The notes beneath the pieces are model-generated. The model made no database searches. It saw only the letters and a list, made by a program, of their open reading frames with translations, and was not told the origin of the DNA. A stretch of DNA of 64,000 nucleotides from a virus, in the IMG/VR virus record IMGVR_UViG_3300008107_000012, one strand, 5' to 3'. Both the position numbers and the translations under genes were made by a program. Positions 57,733 through 64,000 of the stretch are shown one piece after another. Each line of letters opens with the position of its first letter. Within the stretch, counting starts at the first letter, position 1.

Positions 57733-57804
57733 GGGATAGTGTAATTGGTAGCACGGAAATCTCCAAAATTTCTAGTTAGGGTTCAAGTCCCTATCCCTTC
57801 GCCA
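57730..57804 (+). tRNA. tRNA-Trp(CCA) with the three terminal acceptor pairs broken
   Basis: Loop ctccaaa; G73 and CCA intact; 5' tcc faces 3' ttc. Confidence 0.75.
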
Positions 57805-58147
57805 AATTATAATGCAATTTGAAATGACAATTAGCACATAAAATTTGACACTTATTAATTTCAGTCATTATTCTTTCTTTTGACCAACCTTGGTTTATTG
57901 TTTTAGAAATTTCTATCTCTTTTTCTTCTGGGTTTTTATGGTGAAATTGAATTGTTGCTGGGTGATTTTCTCCACACATTTCGCATTCTAATTGTTGTTT
58001 GTAATTGCTAAACCATTCTCGTAATTCTTGTTTTCTTTTTTTTACTTTATCGCAGGATTTTGGTTTGTTATTGGCATACCATTTTCTTCTTGCTTCCCTC
58101 CTTCTTTCTTGATTGTTGGGATCTGATAACCATTCTTTTGACGGCAT
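57791..58147 (-). CDS. HNH endonuclease, antisense to the tRNA array
   Basis: CEMC...FHH.NP..K...KC..LCANCH..LH; own TATAAATA on the minus strand at 58173-58180. Confidence 0.85.
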   Translation of the reverse strand: MPSKEWLSDPNNQERRREARRKWYANNKPKSCDKVKKRKQELREWFSNYKQQLECEMCGENHPATIQFHHKNPEEKEIEISKTINQGWSKERIMTEINKCQILCANCHFKLHYNLAKG

Positions 58148-58199
58148 TTTTATTATTCAAAGTCTCCTAAACTATTTATAAGTTTTGGATACTATACTT

Positions 58200-58274
58200 G
58201 CCCTGGTAACTCAGTGGAAGAGTGCTTCGCTACGAACGAAGAAGACGGGGGTTCAAATCCCTCTCAGGGTGCCA
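58200..58274 (+). tRNA. tRNA-Arg(ACG)
   Basis: Loop ctacgaa; encoded CCA. Confidence 0.92.
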
Positions 58275-58311
58275 TTTCAAATCTAAATATCAACAGAGGT
58301 GTGATAGGAAA

Positions 58312-58782
58312 ATGGAATTAGTAGAACCAAATTCAACTATACTAGTTCTGAACAGTTCTTACGAACCACTACACTTCACTAATTGGAAACGTGCAATTGT
58401 TTTGCTCTTCAAACAAAAAGCAAAACTCATCTCCAAGAGAATTATTCGTTTGGTAAATTATGTGAAAATTCCATTTTCCTATGGAAGATCCGATTACCCA
58501 ACGAGAGCACTCATCTATAAACGGGATGACCACGAATGTCAATATTGTGGGTCTAAAAATGATCTTACAATTGATCACGTAGTTCCTCGTTCTAAAGGTG
58601 GACAAGATACTTGGGAAAATCTAGTTGCTTGTTGTACTTCTTGTAATCTTAAAAAGGGGAATAGTCTTCTTAAAGAAACTAATATGGTTTTGAAGAGAAC
58701 ACCAGAATCTCCAATTAGCCGAATAGTTCTTGATCTTCAGAAAACAAAAGTTTCTGAATGGAAAGATTATTTGTTTCAGTAG
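58312..58782 (+). CDS. HNH endonuclease (McrA-like)
   Basis: LVLN.SYEPL, RD...CQYCG, LTIDHV.PRS.GG...WENLV..C..CN..KG. Confidence 0.9.
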   Translation: MELVEPNSTILVLNSSYEPLHFTNWKRAIVLLFKQKAKLISKRIIRLVNYVKIPFSYGRSDYPTRALIYKRDDHECQYCGSKNDLTIDHVVPRSKGGQDTWENLVACCTSCNLKKGNSLLKETNMVLKRTPESPISRIVLDLQKTKVSEWKDYLFQ

Positions 58783-58902
58783 GACAGATTCAGAATTGGT
58801 ACATAGGGCTTGACGTATTACGGAAAATGCTCTAATATATAAATTGTTAGAGGTTGAGTCCCTGTTACATCCTTATGAGGTGTACCACACTCAATCCATC
58901 AT

Positions 58903-58977
58903 CGTGGGGAAGTGTAGTGGTTGCACAGGAGTCTCATAAGCTCCAGGTTGGTGGTTCGATTCCACCCCCCGCCACCA
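58903..58977 (+). tRNA. tRNA-Met(CAT), initiator-like
   Basis: Loop ctcataa; C1:C72 mismatch; encoded CCA; lacks the three consecutive G-C anticodon-stem pairs. Confidence 0.8.
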
Positions 58978-59050
58978 GCCCTTGTACTCCAACGGTAGAG
59001 AGGGTGGACTTAGAATCCATACAGTGTAAGTTCAAATCTTACCAGGGGCA
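58978..59050 (+). tRNA. tRNA-Leu(TAG) with short variable loop
   Basis: gtgga cttagaa tccat; A73. Confidence 0.85.
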
Positions 59051-59088
59051 CTTGACAATCAAACTTAAATAGTTCATGATTGTCTCAT

Positions 59089-59160
59089 GCGGATTTAATT
59101 CAGTGGTAGAATGGCTGCCTTCCAAGCAGTTCGTCAGGGGTTCGAATCCCCTAATCCGCT
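59089..59160 (+). tRNA. tRNA-Gly(TCC)
   Basis: Loop cttccaa; U73. Confidence 0.92.
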
Positions 59161-59180
59161 CTGAACCTTCGGGTTCTTAT

Positions 59181-59252
59181 TCCCCAATAGTTCAGTGGTA
59201 GAACTCAAAACTGTTAATTTTGCTGTCCCTCGTTCGAATCGAGGTTGGGGAG
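59181..59252 (+). tRNA. tRNA-Asn(GTT)
   Basis: Loop ctgttaa; G73. Confidence 0.92.
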
Positions 59253-59473
59253 TTGAAAGGATTGGAAATGTCCGATTCTTTCAAATTGGTTCTGGGTGGA
59301 ATTCCCAGCAGTTCCGTTAGGGACTGTCCTTTGTAGGTTCGATACCTACATCTTCCTTATGGGAGATAAGAACGGCTACTGGAAACCTTCGTAGGTGCCA
59401 AATACCCCTTCTGGTTAAGGCTGGAAGAAGTAAAGAGTGGGAACATAGGTAAAGTTCTCAACACCTACCTCAT

Positions 59474-59545
59474 CTATCGGTAGTCTAGTGGTCAGGACAG
59501 GCAGACAATGCACTTGGAGTTCGGGTTCGATTCCCGACCGGTAGA
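59474..59545 (+). ncRNA. tRNA-like RNA lacking a canonical anticodon arm
   Basis: Acceptor ctatcgg/ccggtag, D arm and T arm intact; anticodon region cannot form a 5-bp stem with a 7-nt loop. Confidence 0.7.
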
Positions 59546-59549
59546 CCTA

Positions 59550-59621
59550 GGGCGATTAACTCAGCGGTAGAGTGCCTCCTTTACACGGAGATGGTCACTG
59601 GTTCGAACCCAGTATCGCCCA
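59550..59621 (+). tRNA. tRNA-Val(TAC)
   Basis: Loop tttacac. Confidence 0.92.
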
Positions 59622-59649
59622 CTTGATAAATACTTAGAAAAAGAGTATA

Positions 59650-60147
59650 ATGGAAAAACTGTTTAAACTCTTAAGTGATGCTCAGGCATCACTTTTTGTT
59701 CTATTTCATAAAACTTGGGTCTATCACTGGAATGTTGTTGGAAAAGATTTTCAACAACTTCATACTCTTTTTGGTGGTCAGTATGAGACTATCTTTGAAG
59801 AGATTGATAGACTCTCAGAACATATGAGATACTTGAATGTAAAACCTTTGAGTAGTTTAAATCGTGTTCTTGAGGTTTCTAAAATCAAAGAAGCATCAAG
59901 TTCTGCGAATGCCGAAGCAATGATTTCCGATCTTCTTCAATCAAATATTGATTTCTGCGATATGATGAGTAAAATATCTGAAGAAGCAGAGGAACAAAAG
60001 TCATATGCCACGGCAAATCTTGTTCAAGATTTAATGGAGTCTCATGGCAAGTTTGTTTGGATGCTCCGTTCATTTTCAGATACTGCATCAAAGAAAGTTC
60101 AAGAAGAAGTAGAACAAGAAATCGTTGAAGAAACAATTGAAGAATAA
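59650..60147 (+). CDS. dps: Dps/ferritin-like DNA-protection protein
   Basis: K...YHWNV.G..F..LH..F..QY......D...E, D.ME.H.K..WMLRS. Confidence 0.9.
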   Translation: MEKLFKLLSDAQASLFVLFHKTWVYHWNVVGKDFQQLHTLFGGQYETIFEEIDRLSEHMRYLNVKPLSSLNRVLEVSKIKEASSSANAEAMISDLLQSNIDFCDMMSKISEEAEEQKSYATANLVQDLMESHGKFVWMLRSFSDTASKKVQEEVEQEIVEETIEE

Positions 60148-60155
60148 TTGAAATT

Positions 60156-60413
60156 ATGGAAAACTTAAAAATTAGATGTCGTTCCTGTAATAGGGAATTA
60201 GAAGGACATCCAACAAAAACAATATCGTGTGGTTGCTCAAATATGGCAACAATTCGTGGAGATAAGATTTCAGCACTTGACTTATCTCAAATTGTTATGC
60301 TAAACTCATTAAAGAAAAATCAAAACAAAGGTGTGTTAACTTCTCAAGATATTGCTTGGCAAGAAGCACGTCGTCAACGTAAAGTAAGACGACTTGATTT
60401 TGAAGTCCGTTGA
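60156..60413 (+). CDS. small Cys-motif hypothetical protein
   Basis: CRSC...CGCSN. Confidence 0.65.
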   Translation: MENLKIRCRSCNRELEGHPTKTISCGCSNMATIRGDKISALDLSQIVMLNSLKKNQNKGVLTSQDIAWQEARRQRKVRRLDFEVR

Positions 60414-60425
60414 GGACTTAATATT

Positions 60426-60510
60426 GGAAAGGTGGCCGAGTGGTTTAAGGCGTTTGTCTTGAAAACAAAAGAGGTGAAAGCCTCCGGAGGTTCGAATCCT
60501 CTCCTTTCCG
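60426..60510 (+). tRNA. tRNA-Ser(TGA)
   Basis: Loop cttgaaa; long variable arm; G73. Confidence 0.93.
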
Positions 60511-60617
60511 TTTTACTTAAGATTTAATAATTTCTTCAACAGTGTTACGTATTGAACACAAAATGTTGACGATGAAAGTTCCAGAACTAGTATATAGTAG
60601 TACTACGAATCAAAAAA

Positions 60618-60767
60618 ATGGATCAACACACCTATAATAATTGGGTGAAGATCAAAGAAACTTTTGAGACTTCTGGTAATACAGATAATATGTTCTATAA
60701 AAGAGCAGTTGAGATAGTCAAAACCCGTAGAGATCCTCTTGCAAAATTTCTTGGAGATGAGAAGTGA
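60618..60767 (+). CDS. small hypothetical protein (49 aa)
   Basis: MDQHTYNNWVKIKETFE.SGNT.N.FY.RA; sigma70-like promoter upstream. Confidence 0.6.
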   Translation: MDQHTYNNWVKIKETFETSGNTDNMFYKRAVEIVKTRRDPLAKFLGDEK

Positions 60768-60967
60768 TGGAACCTCAAGACGAATTTATTACTCGTTCAG
60801 AAGTTCAGGAGATGATTGATGCAGCAATACGACGACACAACCGTAATGCTTCTATCATTAGTATGTGCGTCGGTTGGGTGGTTCTTGCTTTATTTGCTGA
60901 AGGACTACTGAGACTGATTGGAGTCATTCCACCTTTACTGCCATGGCTCAAAATCACTTTGAACTAA
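60767..60967 (+). CDS. small membrane protein
   Basis: EMID.AIR.HNRNA followed by a TM helix. Confidence 0.6.
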   Translation: MEPQDEFITRSEVQEMIDAAIRRHNRNASIISMCVGWVVLALFAEGLLRLIGVIPPLLPWLKITLN

Positions 60968-61301
60968 TAGGTATAGTTTTTCTATTAGTCTTTGCTGCCA
61001 CGATGTTCTATCAGGGAACTTGTATCTTAAGAGGACAACGTGGATACTCTCTTCGTGATTATATGAAACAAGACAGCAACAATATGCGTAAAAGGATAGA
61101 AGAACTATTAAAGGACAAATGACAGAGGAAGATTTAGAGGAACTACTAAAAAGAGTTTTAGAACAAAAGATGAATGAACTTTTTGAAGAACCTTCTACAT
61201 ACGAGGACGAAGACGATGAATGACCGCATCTATACAGCACTCACAATTTTTGGTATAATAGGATTGTTAATCATTTGGTCCCTTAATCACGCATATCCAC
61301 A

Positions 61302-61982
61302 ATGAGTCAATCAAACATTAATTTAATAGTTGAAAAAATACTCAACAGACTAGGTAAAACTAATATTATTAGTTTGGGAGATTCTCATTCTTATTTCTAC
61401 AAAAATATAGATAAAATTGAAATAAAATGGATTGGACCTGCACTTGCGTATAATATTAATAAAGATGTTTCTAGTAATAATACCAAGTCAAAAATTCTTG
61501 ATATTTTAGACCAGAATGATCCATCCAAAACAGCAATTATACTTTCTTTGGGGGAAATAGATTTACGTGTTCATGTTATAAAAAGAGTAGAAATAGAAAA
61601 TATATCCATTGAAGAATCTTCTATACGAGTTGCAGGAAAATATATTGAAATGATTGAATATATAATTCGAAGAGGATATAAAGTTCTCATAAATGGTCCT
61701 CACGCTAGCGGTTCTGTTTATGATCCAGTTTTTCCAACTTATGGATCTATGGAAAATCGAAATATTGCAACTTTGGCATTTAATTCTCATTTAGAAAAAT
61801 ATTGTGAAACAAAAAAAATTCCATTTATTTCCTTATCTGATTTAGTTATAGATCCAAATACATATCAAACTAACCTTGATTTTATTTTAGATGGTTGTCA
61901 TTTAAATGCTGCTCCAGAATTACAAGAAATATGTCTTTCTAGATTTCTTAGTAAATTAGAAATTTATAACCCAGAATTATAA
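61302..61982 (+). CDS. SGNH/GDSL-like hydrolase
   Basis: GDSH, LGEID.R.H, DGCH. Confidence 0.75.
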   Translation: MSQSNINLIVEKILNRLGKTNIISLGDSHSYFYKNIDKIEIKWIGPALAYNINKDVSSNNTKSKILDILDQNDPSKTAIILSLGEIDLRVHVIKRVEIENISIEESSIRVAGKYIEMIEYIIRRGYKVLINGPHASGSVYDPVFPTYGSMENRNIATLAFNSHLEKYCETKKIPFISLSDLVIDPNTYQTNLDFILDGCHLNAAPELQEICLSRFLSKLEIYNPEL

Positions 61983-62000
61983 AATAATCAGTAAATAGTA

Positions 62001-62117
62001 ATGATTTTCCACATCGTAGAAGCACTCGCAGCAAATCCATTTTTCCTTTTCCTCTGCGGGTGCGGGTTGACAATCGTTCCTTTTGCTGGTATTATGTTTA
62101 TACACCGAACTAAATAA
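62001..62117 (+). CDS. 38-aa hydrophobic peptide
   Basis: MIFHIVEALAANPFFLFLCGCGLTIVPFAGIMFIHRTK*; TAAATA upstream. Confidence 0.45.
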   Translation: MIFHIVEALAANPFFLFLCGCGLTIVPFAGIMFIHRTK

Positions 62118-62125
62118 TGGTAAAC

Positions 62126-62197
62126 CGGGGTGTAAGTCAGAGGTAGACGGCTTGCTTTGGGAGCAAGAAGACACTGGTTCGATCCCAGTCACCCCGA
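62126..62197 (+). tRNA. tRNA-Pro(TGG), canonical
   Basis: Loop tttggga. Confidence 0.92.
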
Positions 62198-62213
62198 CTC
62201 ATAAAATCACTTT

Positions 62214-62447
62214 ATGAAAATGAACCAAGAAATCGAAAAACTTCCATCCTTTACAATTGAAGAGTTTCAAGCAGATTTTGATAATCTTATGAATAGAGTA
62301 GAAAACGGAGAAACCCTACTCATTAAAAGTCAACACGGAAATGCAGTAATGGTTCCTTACAAAGAAGTGGTTAGTATATGTAACGAAGCAAATGTGGATC
62401 TTGAAGAGATAGTTAAGATTCACACAGACCACGAAGAAGGGTCTTGA
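62214..62447 (+). CDS. Phd/YefM-like antitoxin-fold protein
   Basis: FTIEEFQADFDNLMNRVENGETLLI.....NAVMVP matches the Phd N-terminal pattern. Confidence 0.65.
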   Translation: MKMNQEIEKLPSFTIEEFQADFDNLMNRVENGETLLIKSQHGNAVMVPYKEVVSICNEANVDLEEIVKIHTDHEEGS

Positions 62448-62485
62448 CGAAGGGTTCCAAATCTCCTAAAATGATTTGGTCTTAA

Positions 62486-62557
62486 GGGACCGTTGCTTAT
62501 TGGTTAAAGCCGTCGCCTTATAAGCGGCAGAACCGAGTTCAATTCTCGGCGGTCCTA
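62486..62557 (+). tRNA. tRNA-Ile(TAT)
   Basis: gtcgc cttataa gcggc; A73. Confidence 0.88.
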
Positions 62558-62604
62558 CTTACTCATAACTTTAATAAATAGTTATGAGTTATATACAACT
62601 TAAT

Positions 62605-62991
62605 ATGCCACGAAAAAGAAAAACATCAGCAGATTGCGATTTAATACGAGAGTATCAACGCAACTGGCTAAGAGATAAACTTAAAAATGATCCAGAGTAC
62701 AAAGAAAGACACTATGCAAATAAACAAAAAAGAGCAGAAACAAATAGAAAACTTTTAAAAGAGTTAAAAGAAAATTCTCCTTGTTCTGCTTGTGGGGAGT
62801 ATCATCCAACTTGCTGTATGGATCATCATCATTTAGACCCTTCTGTAAAAGAAAAACAAGTTTCTAAAATGATTGAAGCAAACTCTTGGACTAAAATTCA
62901 ACAAGAGATTGAAAAGTGTATTTTAGTATGCTCTAACTGCCATCGTAAAATACACGCTGGTTTATTAACGCTCGTTTACCCATCTGGTTGA
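62605..62991 (+). CDS. HNH endonuclease (same family as 57791-58147)
   Basis: CSAC...DHHH.DP..K...EI.KC..VCSNCHR..H; 3' end overlaps a tRNA. Confidence 0.85.
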   Translation: MPRKRKTSADCDLIREYQRNWLRDKLKNDPEYKERHYANKQKRAETNRKLLKELKENSPCSACGEYHPTCCMDHHHLDPSVKEKQVSKMIEANSWTKIQQEIEKCILVCSNCHRKIHAGLLTLVYPSG

Positions 62992-63043
62992 AGGGACCGA
63001 TCTCATAAATCGGCAGAGGTCAGTTCAATCCTGACAACGAGCA
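62970..63043 (+). tRNA. tRNA with CAT anticodon (elongator Met or Ile2)
   Basis: ccgat ctcataa atcgg. Confidence 0.85.
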
Positions 63044-63119
63044 CTGGACACTTACCAAAGCGTCCTACTTGACTTTCAAACATCAACACACTATAATAAC
63101 AAGGTCAACAATCAAAACA

Positions 63120-63335
63120 ATGACTCTCACTTCTAAATTCAAGAAAGACGTTCAAACCCTTCGTGGTGCAGCAAATGGTGATTTCTACCTTGATGTAAAG
63201 AACCCGAAACTCTACAAAAAGGTTCGCCGTTACTATGAAAATGAAGGTGTAGTGTTCTCTGGTGATCCTCTTGATGACTACGAAATGCTTATGGAATATG
63301 TTCTTGCCGATCTTGAGTCTGTCGAGGTTGCATAA
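63120..63335 (+). CDS. conserved cyanophage hypothetical protein
   Basis: MTLT.KFKKD..TLR.AA.G.FYLDVKNPKL.KKVRR; sigma70 promoter ttgact-17-tataat upstream. Confidence 0.7.
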   Translation: MTLTSKFKKDVQTLRGAANGDFYLDVKNPKLYKKVRRYYENEGVVFSGDPLDDYEMLMEYVLADLESVEVA

Positions 63336-63390
63336 TTAGTTAAATAGTCACGGATGGACTTTAACAGCACTGGTCGGGAGCAAACCCCTA

Positions 63391-63627
63391 ATGTCAAAAA
63401 CAAGTATCTTGCGATATCTTGGAAACCTTCTCCTTATAATTGGTTATCAAACTATGTTGTGGGGAGATTTTAAATATGGTTTAATGTTAAAAGTTGTTGG
63501 GGGATTACTCACAGTACCTTTTGCGATTAAACTTAAACTTTGGGATGTATTATTTCTATGTGCTTTCTTTGGTATTTCCGAGATATCAAAGTTATCCCAA
63601 CTTTTCTTTAGTCCTGGAATGACTTAA
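63391..63627 (+). CDS. small multi-TM membrane protein
   Basis: 78 aa with three hydrophobic segments. Confidence 0.6.
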   Translation: MSKTSILRYLGNLLLIIGYQTMLWGDFKYGLMLKVVGGLLTVPFAIKLKLWDVLFLCAFFGISEISKLSQLFFSPGMT

Positions 63628-63754
63628 AACTTATACTGGTGGAGTCAAATATGACCCTGTTTGGTTTCTTGCTTCCTCAAAGAGCAAGTGGTGCGGATGG
63701 GACTCTCTCCCGCCTGGTTTCCAATTTCCAGTCAAAGAATTGGTGGCGTGCATG
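63609..63754 (+). ncRNA. manA-like structured RNA
   Basis: gtc..gac hairpin + ctggt module, then two TTTC(Y)NNNTTCC..AAAGANNNNGTGG units joined by GTGCGGATGGG..CCCGCC, ending GGCGTGCATG; recalled consensus only. Confidence 0.65.
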
Positions 63755-63764
63755 AAAGACCTAT

Positions 63765-63792
63765 AGGAGAGTTGCATAAACTCTCCTTTTTT
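63765..63792 (+). terminator. intrinsic terminator after the manA-like RNA
   Basis: aggagagtt / aactctcct followed by a T run. Confidence 0.85.
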
Positions 63793-63821
63793 AGTATAAT
63801 AAAATAATAATAAAAAAATTT

Positions 63822-64000
63822 ATGAAACCTACTATTGAAGAAGTAAAAACTTTTTGGGATAATAGACCTTGTAATGTAAATCATTCTAAAAAAAAATCGC
63901 ACTTCAAAAGAATACTTTGATGAAGTAGAGAATAAAAAGTTTTTTGTAGAACCTCATATAAAGTCTTTTTCTAAATTTAATGAATGGAATGGAAAAAAAG
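63822..64000 (+). pseudogene. 5' part of a probable class I SAM-dependent methyltransferase, frameshifted at an A9 run; runs off the window
   Basis: MKPTIEEVKTFWDNRPCN..HS in frame 0 continues as ..SKEYFDEVE.KKFFVEPHI..F..F.EW.GKK in the +1 frame. Confidence 0.6.

Noticed and set aside
56032-57779. ORF-track entries overlapping tRNA genes
   Set aside because: Explained by tRNA sequence; only the NNIVSF segment is meaningful, as a tmRNA tag.
56116-63043. Suppressor tRNAs or stop-codon recoding
   Set aside because: No CTA, TTA or TCA anticodons, and core genes read normally in the standard code.

Overview
A 64 kb segment of an AT-rich T4-like cyanomyovirus (Kyanoviridae-type; the host is probably picocyanobacterial). 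Almost everything is on the + strand. Gene order: end of a large virion protein; neck, terminase, tail and head genes (gp13-gp23, gp3); uvsY/uvsW, gp55, gp47/46, a CobT-like/CobS pair, gp45/44/62, regA, hsp20, gp43, uvsX, gp41 and mazG; a block of late, probably capsid-packaged proteins; primase, nrdAB, a GIY-YIG nuclease, a lysozyme and an Hc1-like protein. It ends in a ~7.5 kb tRNA/ncRNA island with 23 tRNA genes covering all 20 amino acids, two tRNA remnants/mimics, three HNH genes, dps, a Phd/YefM-like antitoxin, a manA-like RNA and a frameshifted methyltransferase. The two most striking observations are in that island. (1) A late-promoter 33-codon leader ORF samples 17 amino acids in 22 codons and overlaps mutually exclusive antiterminator/terminator hairpins directly upstream of the tRNA block, i.e. 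a candidate tRNA-shortage-sensing attenuator. (2) A circularly permuted, minimised tmRNA-like gene has a cyanobacterial-type tag (NNIVSF) that is cut short and fused to tRNA-Trp. Three apparent short deletions (nrdA, a tRNA-CAT, the tmRNA/tRNA-Trp junction) and a poly-A frameshift may be real or assembly artefacts. All calls are by eye; no database searches or folding programs were run.
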